From the human T2T-CHM13v2.0 reference genome, Homo sapiens: a DNA stretch of 64,000 nucleotides. The first letter of the stretch is position 1. Each line of letters begins with the position of its first letter. A program made the translations under genes and the position numbers. The DNA is taken from assembly GCF_009914755.1 (NCBI RefSeq), contig NC_060927.1; one strand, given 5' to 3'. The notes under the pieces were generated by a model. It searched no databases, was not told where the DNA came from, and saw nothing but the letters and a program-made list of their open reading frames with translations. Below are positions 33,950-46,476 of the stretch, in pieces.

Positions 33950-34536
33950 CCTGCAAGAAGCTGGAGGCTCATCTAAAAACTCCCAGTTTTTAGAAACTGG
34001 AGTGCAGACTGATGAGTGGTAACTGACAGAGCAGACCTAAGAAAGCTGAAAACTGGCTGAAGCAGGGAATACCCAGAAGCAAGCCAAGCTATGCTGCAGA
34101 GCCCCAGAACTGCTTGGAACTTAGAGATGCTAAGTATCTCTGAAAGCAAGGTTTGGGGGAGGGTGATAAGTAGGGCTGAAAGAATTGTTTGAAAGTTTTT
34201 TACAAGAACCAGTTGAGCTTTCTAGATGCTGCTTTATGCCATCCATTCAATGAGAAACTGTTTCTGCTCCAGAAATGGATTGGATGCTCATTTTCTTAAG
34301 AGTTGAAGAAGAGGGAAACAGTTGCATACTGAAAAATGCATATAAAGAAAAGTTTACCTACTGAAAGGCAAACAACTCCCCTCCCTATTCACTTCTGCTC
34401 CTCGTTAAGTTTCCAGAAGATAATCTGGTTTAGAGCCCATGAAGATGCTGCACTTTTAACATGAACAGCCAGCCAAGGAGCATCAGGAATTTGAAGGATG
34501 CTTCTAACACCAGAAACCAAAGCAACCAAACAACTG

Positions 34537-34571
<35 letters not shown>

Positions 34572-36310
34572 GAGACAATAAAGAGGGCAGAAGAAGAGTT
34601 AGAGAAATAAAACTGTATTGGCCAGGCGCTGTGGCTCACGCCTGTAATCGCAGCACTTTGGGAGGCCGAGGCGGGCAGATTACGAGGTCAGGAGATTGAG
34701 ACCATCCTGGCTAACGCGGTGAAACCCTGTCTCTACTAAAAATACAAAAAATTAGCCGGGCGCCTTGGCGGGCACCTGTAGTTCCAGCTACTCCGGAGGC
34801 TGAGGCGGGAGAATGGCGTGAACCCGGGAGGCGGAGCTTGCAGTGAGCCTAGATCGCGTCACTGCACTCCAGTCTGGGTGACAGAGCAAGACTTCGTCTC
34901 CAAAACAACAACAACAACAGCAACAACAACAACAACAACAACAAAAAAAAAACAAAAAACCTGTACTAATATTTTTAGAGAGTTAAGAGGTGAGAAGAGG
35001 CTCCACGTATAGAACAAGAGCAGAAGGATGTAAAAAGTACCTTCAAAGACAAAATGGAATTTTGAAAACAAAAATATGATAGCAAAAGTAAAACACTAAT
35101 AGGCGGACTTGTAAATAAAGTTTTGGAAATCTCACAGGAAGTGGAACAAAAAAGCAGAAATGGATAGGAAGTGATAAAAAGTTTGAAAATTAGAGAATCA
35201 GACTAGGAGGTATATTGTTTGACTAATAGGAGGTCTAGAAAGAAATTAGAAGACAATGAGCAAGGCCTTCAAAATTAAGAGGGAAATAATTTCTAATACA
35301 GAAGTCTTTCCCTAGCCAAACTGTCAAAGAAGGTAGAATATATGAAGTCTTGGGAAATGTACTTCTTAGTTACCCTTCTAATAAAGTTACTAGAAGCTGG
35401 GCATGGTGGTATGTACCTGTAGTCCTAACTACTTGGGAGGTTGAGGCAGGAGGATCACTTGAACCCAGGAGTTTGAGGCCAACAGCCTGGGCAGCATAGA
35501 GAGACTTTGTCTTAAAAAAAAATGTTACTAGAGGATATGCTCCATTCAAACAAGGAACATATATGCGATCCAGGGAAGAGGCAAAAGGAATCCAAAAAAA
35601 GGATGAAGAAGAAAAAATCTCTAGAAAACAGCTGTGCATCAGGCCTAGAAAACATCTAGGTCAGAATGAGGCAGAAGATGAAGTACTCTAGCTGTGATTC
35701 CCATAGGAAAAAAATGATACACATGCACCTGATGTGTGCAAATAAATTGAAGCAACAATTAAACATCTGGAGAAGAGTTTGGGAACAAATTAGGGATAAA
35801 TAGAAAACTGAGCAAACAAAAAAATAAAATCCTTATTAACTCCAAGGAAAGCAAAAACATTGTGCAAAAAGGAAATATAGTCAAAGTACACTGCATGACA
35901 CAGCTGTAAACAGTGTTTACTTAGCAATGTAATGTAATTATATATGTAGTCATACAATGGATATATTATCTGATGATCTAACTGAAGATTACAATATAAC
36001 TGTAACAGGAAGATGAGGGTGAGAGGAAATGAGTTTGTGGATGTGGCCTTAAGTTTTTTCTCATAATAGGAAGCCAATAAATAACATCAGAAATTGAAAA
36101 ATTAAAAATTAGTATTATGAGTATATTATTGGAGATAGGGAGGTATCATAAGACACAGGTAAAAAAAGCTAAAAGTGGTGGCCTCTGGAAAGAAGAGATG
36201 AGAAAAATGAAATTGCTGTTTTTTTTGTCAGAATCTTTATAAAACTCTGTGACCTTTTAAATTATGAACATATATGTCTTAAATAAAAGTAAAAGTCAAG
36301 TTAAAAAGTG
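33950..36310 (+). mobile_element. Old L1M (L1MC-like) fragments, with a FLAM/Alu monomer at ~35396-35523
   Basis: A-rich degenerate ORF1-like and 3'-end sequence; monomer gctgggcatggtggtatgtacctgtagtcc. Confidence 0.55.
34620..34959 (+). mobile_element. AluY with (CAA)n-expanded tail
   Basis: ggccaggcgc...gagaccatcctggctaac...gaatggcgtgaacccgggaggcggagcttgcagtgag; CpG-rich; tail (aac)n. Confidence 0.92.
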
Positions 36311-36319
36311 AATAATTTT

Positions 36320-38888
36320 TTTTCACATCTGTGAGAGGAGAAATCGTGTTTGAAATCATTTAGGAATCTATATCTGGTTGCATAGCTGCTTGAGCTGTCA
36401 GCTTCCATATCTTGTTGGTTTCCCCCCCACACTCTTTATGTTTTCTAAATTAGAAAATCTTAACTCAGAATTATAGGTTGTTGGGAAGCTTTGATGGATA
36501 TTTCTGGTTTGTCAAATCAAACACAGACCCAGAAATTATGGAGAGAGTGCTCTCTAAAGACTATTTTCAGTGCTTCACCAGAAGGCAAGTGCCCCAGCTC
36601 AACAGCAGCTAATGGAGTTGCATCCTCTCTTTGGTGGTATTTGGCTCTGCAAGGTATTTCTTGATGTTGGGTTGCAGCATTCAGATGTAATTTTTAATAA
36701 GCCCAATGTGTTATTTCCTAAGTGCTTTTTCTGGTGAATGAAGAAAATCATTGGGTATTGGGAAAAAGTCAAGTTCTCAGCCGTTGAGCCACTTGCACCA
36801 CTGATGTCTGATTGTTACAAATCCCGATATTCAGGCTCTGAAAACAAAGATTCATAATATTCAAATTCTGAATGGATCACTGAGATACCCAACTTGTATT
36901 CATAAAAATGGTAATTTAAAACATTTCATTCCTTATTTTTAAAACTCTGTGTAAGCCCTTCCCATTTGCCAGCCAAAGCAATTCAGTGTGGGAGAGCAGC
37001 CTCTCTTACTCACTTTTCATTTCAGCCCAGTAGGCCAAAGAGATGTACACTAAGTGACCACAATCAGTTTGTATTCACAATTTCCACTGTGTACCTCAAC
37101 AGCAAATCAGAATCTGGAGGCATATTACAGACCCCCAGCTGCGTTCCGTGAATAAGGTATGCACTAGCATTGGGATCTGGGAGCAGCATCTTCTATCTGG
37201 ATAGTGATACCTTTCCTTGCTGACCATGTGGCTGGAGTTTCTTCAATGGCAATTTAACACCTTTCCTCTTTTAAAAAAAAGTTTTGGTAAAATATGCATA
37301 ATATACATAACATAAAATTTACCACTTTCACCATTTTTAAGTACACAATTTAGTGGCATTAAGTACATTCAGTATTGTGGAACTATCACCACTATCTGTT
37401 TCCAAACTTTTTTATAATCCCGAACAGAAATGTACCCATTAAATAATAACTCCCCATTCCCCCTCTCTGGCAACTTCCATTCTACTTTCTGTCTCCATGA
37501 ATTTGCCTGTTCTAGGTACCTACTAAAGGTGGAATCATGCAACATTTGTTCTTTTGCGTTTGAGTTATTTTACTTAGCACAATGCTTTGTCAATGTTGTG
37601 GCATGTATCAGAATCTCATTCATTTTTAAAACTGAATGATATTCAATTGTTTACATATATACTACATTTTTTATCCATTCATCTGTTGATGGACATATTT
37701 GGCTATTGTGAATAACGCTGCTACAAACATTAGTGCATAAGCCAACATACCTTTTAAAGTCTGTTTCATAGGTTCAAACTAATTTTTAATTAAACCAGAG
37801 AGCTCTTCTTTTAAAATTAGCTTCATGATAAATAGAACAAAAAGTCACTGAGTCTTTCCCATATATATAGTGAAGATATGCTGACAACTTACTTATTCAT
37901 AGTTTTGTTCAACTATAAAATAAAATGTCTGCTCGTATACCTAACAGTCATTGACTTTAAATGCCAGTCACATTATAAGGAATGCAATACTTCTAATTAA
38001 GGAATTATACCAATTGTTTTTCTTGTTTCTTCTCCAACCACAATATTTGTAATTGATTTGGAAACTGGTTTTGTATCTTACCAGCAGGAGTGCAATTGTG
38101 CTTATTTTTGATATGAGGATGAATGATGACTCTATAGTTTTGTTGTCTTCTCAACCTTTAACATAAAATTTTCACAATTTTATACTGGGAAAGCCTTATT
38201 TTGTGCTTGTAGTAGAGATATTAAATTGGTTTAAAAGTGGGGTTGATAAACTTTATTGGAAAATAATATGGAAGTTTTGATAGCTTTATATCATTACTTG
38301 ACAAAAACGTTAGCAGATAATAAATTGGGTACTAGGACAAAAGGATCATTGGTCCAATAAAATTCAATTATCATTATTCATTGTCATGGCTCCCATTTTC
38401 TTATATATTTTTGTCTGTTTTTGGGAGATTATCCACATCCATTATCCACTTGTCTCATGACAAACAGATTCATGCTTTGTATTTTTACAATGGAGGCCAT
38501 TCATTACTTACATTGTGACCTTATTTCACATTGTAGGATTTATATTTCTATTTTTATCATTATTGTTATGCTTCAGAAAACCACTTTCGAAGTGATGACT
38601 CTTTTTTTTGAATTGTGATATTATGCAAAGCGACAGTAATAATGGCAAATGCAAGTCTGACAAGTGTAAATAACTGTCAGGTGACAATAAAATACATTAG
38701 TCAAGATAAACTGCCTATGATTAACTCCATGTTAACCATTATGAATGAAATCAGTTTTTGAAGCACATACACTGTTTTTGAAAACATAAAAAGTTAGAAA
38801 TTCTATGAATATAATAATTAATCTTACATGTTAGATTTTAAAATTATATGTGCATAGAGATCCTTAGATCACTTGTTGAGAAACATTG
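36320..38888 (-). mobile_element. Decayed hAT-Charlie (Buster-type) DNA transposon with transposase remnants
   Basis: Minus strand 36999-36925 translates LLSHTELLWLANGKGLHRVLKIRNE (cf. hAT motif HTEVRWLSRGKVL); C-terminal MEAD..QPDID near 36410-36375; Charlie-like terminus caatgtttctcaa at 38888. Confidence 0.8.
37272..37745 (-). mobile_element. L1M (L1MB-like) 3' end inserted into the Charlie element
   Basis: acataaaatttaccac...ttagtggcattaagtacattc...ttatccattcatctgttgatggacat, typical antisense L1MB 3'UTR. Confidence 0.75.
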
Positions 38889-38949
38889 TAGGAGATGGAG
38901 AGAGATGAATTGCTCTGCTAAACAAAGTAAGAATAAGTTGGAGTTCCCA

Positions 38950-41900
38950 GGGACAATTGAGGAGAGAGTTGGAACATCCCAAAGGGACAGTTTATGAAAG
39001 AAGATTACAGGCCAGCCTCATTTAGCAAAATAGATAAAACGAAATACACCTAATTGAATCCAGCAAAATGATCAGCTGGAACCATTAAAAATAGACTAAC
39101 AAACCTGTTAGTTTACAGATTTACTATACTAACAGATGAAAGACTATATGATAACCTCAATAAATATAAAAATACTGATAGAAGCCAACACCCATTCATG
39201 ATGAAAGTCTCAACAAACAAGAAATGGAAAAAATTGATATAAAAAGTAATTATGAGACTCTCATAAACATCATAATAGTGAAACATTAGAAGCACACACT
39301 TTAAAATCAAGAGCAAAATAAATATGCTCACTGTCATAGCTTTGAATTACCATCTTGTTGAAGGTCCCGGCCAATTCAATAAGACAGGAAAAATAAAAAA
39401 GTGGTATAAGAATCATAAAGGAAGAAACAAGTTTGTCATTATTTGCAGATAATATAACTGTCTAAATAGGAAGTCCAAGGGAATCTACAGAAAAATTTAA
39501 CTTTAAGGAGCTCAGCAGGGTTGCTGGATGCAAAATCACTATATAGAAATTAATAATATTAAGACAGTTTAGCAATAATAAGTATTCAATAGGGCAACCA
39601 AAATTGCAATGTACCTAGGAAAAAGACATTATAAAATGTAGAAAAATATTAAAGAAGACCTGTATAAATTAAGAGATCTGCCATACTGATGTGTGGGAAG
39701 GCTTCGTATTGTAAATGTGGCGATTCTTCCTGTGGTGATAAATCAATTCAGTGCATTACCAAACAAAGTTTCCACAGAGTTGTAAGAAAAGAGCTGGAAA
39801 ATGTGACCCTTAAACTGATATGGAAAAGTAAAGAAACAAGAACCAAAATAATTTTCAAGAAGACAAATAAGGAGGGGCATGTGAATCGACCAGGTCAAAT
39901 CTTACTATAGAGCATTTAAATCCACGTGGTGTTGACTCAGGATGTGACAATGAGATTACTGGGAGAAACAGATTCAGTAGACATGGGAATCCGGTGCATG
40001 GCAGAAGCAGTGGTAGGAACCACTTGGGAAATGATGTATTGAAAAAAATGTTGGAATAATCCATATGGAAAAATATTGGAAGCCTATCTCATACCACACA
40101 CATACAAAAATAAATTCTAGGAGATTGAAATACCTAAATGTAGAAAGGAAAACTGTAACTTTGAGGAGAAAACACAGGATAATATCTTTATGGAATACTA
40201 TATGGCAATAAAAAATGAATGAATTAGGTCTACATGTATCCATTTGGGCAAATCCCAAAAACATAATTTTAAAACATCAGATAAAGCACACATATAAAAT
40301 GATAACAGTTCCATAAATTTGAAAAGATACAAATCAATACTTTATGCATGCAGTGTTAAACACCCACTTCCCCGTTTGCAGTAGATTCAGCTTCATTTCA
40401 CATGTTCTTTGCCAGGTGAGAAAACATTTATCTTCTCTACAACCAAATTGCTATAATTTGTCAAAGGTTTTCTAGAATATTGTTATGCTTAGAGGTGAGT
40501 GTCCTAGGGTCATCAAAGAGCCCCTTCAATGATTCTCTGAAACCAGGGCATGGGGAGAGTAGGAAAGTTCTAGTCTTGCCCTTCTTAACAATTTTTGACC
40601 CCCTGCTCTCTTTACCTTCTGGTGCCCAATCTGAGGAAGAACCTCTAGTTTCTTCCCAAGCAAAAGAGGGGATTAGAAAATGGAATATCTATCTTTATCT
40701 TTCCACAAGCAGACAGATAGGCAGGCACGCAGAAAGACATAGAGCTACCATTATCAGCAGGTAATTGTGCAAAGCTAATGTTTCAGCAAGGAATAATGGA
40801 AGGGAGGGAAGATAAGGAAAAAGATTGTGTTAAGAACATGGCAATAAGATTGGTTTCTGATTCCTCACTGGCTACAATTTAATGCTTTTTCAAAAGTATA
40901 CAGCATGATCTTTGGAGCCCCAGTCTATCCCAAGGACATTTATTATCTTCCTCTGGGTTCTCAGCAACATAGGAAACAACTAATGGCTATTATCAATTTG
41001 CATTTCAAAAAGAAAATCTAGTCTGATTATTTCCACGAGGCCAAGGATGCTGAACATCATCCAATACCTGTCACATAAATTCCCAGGATTGTGACCATAT
41101 AGGTAGATTTGTATATGTTATACTTTTCATAGTGTGCATATAAAGGGAATTATGTCAACAGTTCAGTTAATACAAAATCTCCTAAAGAATGGATTTGATA
41201 ATTACTGGGAATGGAAAGGATCCAACTTTGGAAGACGATTTGGCAATATCTCAAAAATTAAAATGTACACCCCTTTGACCTGGCAATTCTACTTCTAGAA
41301 ATTCATCCCTTAATTTTACTCATATTATGTGTACAAAGATACATGTGTAAGGATACTCACCAAAAAATTAATATGTGGTGGCAAAATATGAGGATTATGT
41401 TAATTATGATAAATGTGAATGTCTATCAATAGGAAAATAGTTAAATAAACTTCACTTCATCCATGCAAATGAAATCTGTTCAGCTAATTTCTACAAAACA
41501 GCTGCTGCTGGGATTTTTTTGGGGATGTCATTGAATTTATAGACTAATTTGGGCAGCACTGACATTCTAACAATTATGAATCTTCTAATCCAGTCACATG
41601 AGACATCCTTTAATTCATTTAGGTACTTTAAAATTTCTCTCAATAATGCTGTATTATTTTTTAGTATAAAGGTCTTGTGCATATTTTTACAACAGCATTT
41701 GGATTTATTAGATCTACTGTTTTTCTATTTTGTAATTTATTGCTTTTTATAATTATTAACTTCTTTCTTTCATTTGTTATCCTTTTTCTAGTTTTGTTAG
41801 GTCTTTAAATAATTTCTTTTCAGCTTTTACTGATATAAATATTCTATGCTTCCATGCTGTGACTTATTCCCTGAATATGTATGTCTTTAACTGCACTCTC

Positions 41901-42738
41901 TAGGTTCTGATTAAACTGTTTTTTATCTTTCCTTCCCTCGAAATTATATAATTTTAGTTTATAGTTTGTCTTTTGTCCAAGAATTCTTTAAGAGAGATTT
42001 TTAAAAATTATCAAGTGGAAAGTCCTCTCATTTCATTAAATTTGGTTATTTTTTTTAACTCTATTTCATTATGATCAGAGAATGTTTTCTATATTATTTC
42101 CACTTTCTGGAGCTTATTGAGGTTTTTGTCATGGCTTAATATTTGGTTTGATATGTTTGGTTTTTTGAAAAGGAGGTGCATTTTCTATTGTTAGGGAAGG
42201 TAGTTTGCTATATATTAATCAGATACATTATATTAATTATATTACTAGGTCATCTATAATTTTACATACTTTTTAATACATTTGATCTGTTATTGGCTAA
42301 AATTAATTGAAAATTTCTATTCCTACAATGTTTTTATTTATCCTCCTACTCTAATAATTTCTGATTTATAAATATTGTTGCCATCTTATTTGTTGCAAAG
42401 ATATAGATTACTATCGTCTTTAATATTAATATGTCTGTGCAATTTTTGTCCTATTTCATGCTTTTTGACCGAGATTCCACTTTCTCTGATATTAAAATCA
42501 TGGATCCTGCTTTCTTTGTTTGCCTTTGCTTATGTCTTTTGAATTCTATAATTTTAGCCTTTCTGTATCACCGTGAGGAGTATTTTTTTTATTCAACATA
42601 GAGTTGGGTATTGCTTTGTAATGTAATAGGCATTTTTAAAAATAGGTGAGTAAAATCCATTTATATTTAGTGACATGACAGATTTGCTTAGTCTTAGCTT
42701 GTTTATATTATTTCATATGACGTATTTAGTTTTTAAAA
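38950..42738. mobile_element. Degenerate L1M ORF2/3' fragments (+ strand ~38950-40350 and 41200-41480; - strand from ~41490)
   Basis: tcattatttgcagat (LFADD remnant) near 39436; ORF 41491..41682 resembles L1 ORF2 (SVLPKLVYKFNDIP). Confidence 0.65.
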
Positions 42739-42740
42739 TA

Positions 42741-44017
42741 TTAGGTTGGTACAAAAGTAATTGTGGTTTTTGCATTGTTGAAATTTGCCGTTTGATATTG
42801 GAATACATTCTTAAATAAATGTGACCATGTTATACATCATTTTAATGTGCATTTCTCACTTTTTTTTTTGCTAATGACTTATTACTTGCTGTTTATTTTA
42901 TATTTATTTTAGACTATGGAAATTATGTTATACAAAAAGCAAATTCGAGCGATTTTCTTATTTGAGTTCAAAATGGGTTGTAAAGCAGCAGAGACAACTC
43001 AACATCAACAACGCATTTGGCCCAGGGATTGCTAACAAAGGTACAGTGCAGTGGTGGTTCAAGAAGTTTTGCAAAGGAGATGAGAACCTTGAAGATGAGG
43101 AGAGTAGTGGCTGGCCATTGGAAGTTGACAATGACCAATTGAGAGCAATCATCGAAGTTGATCCTCTTACAACTGCACAAGAAGCTGAGGAAGAACTCAT
43201 CGTTGACCATTCTACGGTCATTCGGCAGTTGAAGCAAATTGGAAAGGTGAAACAGCTCCATAAATGGGTGCCTCATAAGCTAAGGAAAAATGTTTAAAAA
43301 ATCGTCATTTTGAAGTGTTGTCGTCTCTTATTCTATGCAACAAAAATGAACTATTTCTTAATCAGATTGTGATGTGCGATAAAAAGTGAATTTTACTTGA
43401 CAACTGGCAATGACCAGCTTGGTGGCTGGACTGAGAAGAAGCTCCAAAGCACTTCCCAAAACCCAACTTGCACCAAAAAAAGTCGTGGTCACTGCTTGGT
43501 GGTCTGCTGCCGGTCTGATCTACTACAGCTTTCTGAATCCCAGCAAAGCCATTACATCTGAGAAATATGTTCAGCAAATCGATGAGATGCACAGAAAACT
43601 GCAAGGCCTGCAGCTGGCATTGGTCAACAGAAAGGGCCCAATTCTTCTCCACAACAACCGACTGCATGTCACACAACCAACAGTTACTTCAAAAGTTGAA
43701 TGAATTGGGCTATGAAGTTTTGCCTCATCCACCATATTCACCTGACCTCTCACCAACCAACTACCACTTCTTCAAGCATCTGAACAACTTTTTGCAGGTG
43801 AAACACTTCCATAACCAGCGGGATGCAGAAAATGCCTTCCAAGAGTTCATTGAATCCCAAAGCATGGATTTTTATGCTACAGGAATAAACAAACTCATTT
43901 CTCATTGGCAAAAATGTGTTGATTGTAATGGTTCCTACTTTGATTAATAAAGATGTGTTTGAGCCTAGTTATAATGATTTAATATTTATGGTCTGAAACC
44001 CCAATTACTTTTGTACC
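42741..44017 (+). mobile_element. Hsmar1 mariner transposon, near full length, inactive
   Basis: TA then left TIR ttaggttggtacaaaagtaattgtggtttt; transposase ATG 42916 to stop 43947 with WVPH and HPPYSPDL motifs; frameshifts and stops; right TIR lacks its last ~7 nt. Confidence 0.96.
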
Positions 44018-44552
44018 TTTTCATTATTTGGCATGTCTTATTTGCTTTTTATTTTTTGATGTACAATTCTTCCAGTATTTAGAGTTTGTCATATTATTTG
44101 TTACAAATATATAGATTACTAAAGAGTTTGTATCTTTATCCTAGTGGTTGTCTTTATAAGTAAAAACTTATTATAAATTTATAATTATAATTAAAACCAT
44201 GTAATACATTGTCCTTAGTGTACTATTTCTTTAATCAAAATCTCTCATTTCCATTTGGTGATTCCTTTCCTCTCTGTTTTATCCATTATCTGACTGTATT
44301 TAATAATATCTTTTTGTGCTTACCTTTGTACTGTCAAGTGTAATTATTTTGTCCATTTCTTTATTTGTCAACTTTAAATAATACTCTTTAACTTCTTGTT
44401 ATTATAGAAGCAGCAGTAAGTGAACATACTCTGCTCACATGTTCTTTCCTCTTTCTGCTTCCATTTCTTGCTATTTGTATCATGTCAACACTTGCAGGGC
44501 CTCTGGGGCTTGTTGGGCAGCGGGGGCGGTAAAATGCCTTTATTCTCATTTT

Positions 44553-44571
44553 TATCGCCCTCTGGAGGCAC
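44553..44571 (-). promoter_or_regulatory. CTCF-like motif
   Basis: Minus strand GTGCCTCCAGAGGGCGATA versus core CCNSYAGRKGGCR; motif only, no binding data. Confidence 0.5.
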
Positions 44572-45081
44572 CGTGGTTTAACAAACCCTGATCTGCTAAG
44601 TGATTTACCACTTCTCCACCCACTTTTGGTCTTCCAAGTGTTTTGACATCATTTGTCCTCTGTGTTTTCCATTCTCTTTCTCTTTGTTCTTGTATATTTA
44701 TACTGTTCTTTCCCCCGTGCTGTCATTCTATTGGCATTTTGAGAGGGTGGGGTAAAACATATGCATTCTATCTTCCATATTTAACCACAATCTCCAAATA
44801 ACTCCCAAATAACTCATTTTGCAAAAAAATGTTTTACATTAAAACTCCAAAAGAAGCATAGACATTTTACATGCTATATGATCTCAACAATATTAAATAT
44901 AATTTCATGATTTTGTGATTTCTCTACTTAGTAACCATCTTCTGATTTATATTTTCAGTGTTCTGCATTTTTTGCAATGGTCATTTATTTTAAAAAATTA
45001 TTGGGTTTTTATTATGATATGTAACATGCATAATAAAAATGTACATAAAACATAAATTAATTGTTTTAAAACAAATGTTTG

Positions 45082-45441
45082 TGTATTAGTCAGCCTTTGT
45101 TGCCTTAACAAAATACCATAGACTGGGTGGCTTATGCAACAGAAATTTATTTTCTCACAAATCTGGAGGTTGAAGCCTGAGATTGGGATGTCAGCATAGT
45201 TGGGTCTGGGAAAGACTCTCTTTCTAGCTTATAGATGTCTACCTTGTCCTTGTGTTCTCACACAAAGGGGAGAAAGCTGTCTCTTTCTCTTATAAGGACA
45301 CCAGTTCTACCACTTAAGGGCTCTACTCTTGTGACTTCATTTAACCCAATCACCTCCTTAGAGGCCCAATCTCCAACATAGCAACATGGGGGGTTTGTTT
45401 CAACATTTGAATTTTGAGGGGACAAAATTCACTCCATAGCA
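45082..45441 (-). mobile_element. MLT1A/B-like MaLR solo LTR
   Basis: tgtattagtc...aacaaaataccatagactgggtggctta...ggggacaaaattcactccatagca. Confidence 0.8.
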
Positions 45442-46476
45442 GCTTGTGTGACAACTACCCATGCCATAAAATGGAACGTGACCAGCACTTCACCAGCTCC
45501 TTCCCAATTACATCCTCCCTCTTCTGCCCTGGAGGCCACTATTCTCCTAATTTTTGGTACTTTTTCTTGCCTTACTTTATTGATGCTTTTTACTTCATAA
45601 GTATGCATTCCTAAACAAAATAGTTTAGTTTTGCTTGATTTCAAACTTTATATAAATGAACCTTGTTTATGTAATCCTTTGCATTTGGCTTTTTTTGTTC
45701 AATATTACTTTCTTAAGACTCATCCTTATTGTTGTGCAGCACTAAAGTTTATTAATTTTTATTGCTGTAAGTTTTCTCATTTTAGAATATAACAGAAATA
45801 GTTAATGTACTCAAAGTTTATGGACATTTGAGTGGTTTCCGGTTTGGGGTTTTTATGGGCAAATGTTCATGAACTTTCTTGTAGCTGTAATCTGGTGTCC
45901 ACAAGTACATATTTCTGTTAAACATAGGTACCTAAGGGTGTAATAGAAGAATACAGCATATGTATGCTTACACCTTTACTAGATAATACCCCTTGCTTTC
46001 CAAAGAGGTTGTCCAAATTTACACTCCCACCAGCAGTGTGTGAGTTTCTGTTGCTCCATGTCATTCCCAATACTTGGTATTGTGACACTTTAAAAAATTT
46101 CCCTTCTATGATGAACATGTAATAAAATCTCAGTGTGATTTTAATTTGCAACTCTTTGATTTAAAAAAAGGTTAAGAATACTTTCATATGTTTATGGCCA
46201 TTTGGATTTCCACTTTTGTAAAGTGCCTATTCAAATTTTGTGCTATTTTACAAGTGGTTGTTCTGACATTTTTCTAATTGATTTGTAGAGTTCATTACTC
46301 TGAATATAAGCACTTGCTTTTTCATGCTCTTAAAGTTGTCTTCTGATGAACATTCTTAATTATAGTATACTAAAATGTATCAGTTTTTTCCTGTATAGTT
46401 AGTGCTTCTTGTGTCATATGTAATAAAGTTTTTCTTAGTCTGAGGTCATAAAGATATTCCTCTTTGTTTTTTCCTT

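Noticed and set aside
42962-43947. Active or domesticated mariner transposase (second SETMAR-like gene)
   Set aside because: Split across frames, premature stop, two catalytic Asp lost, right TIR truncated, no SET domain exons
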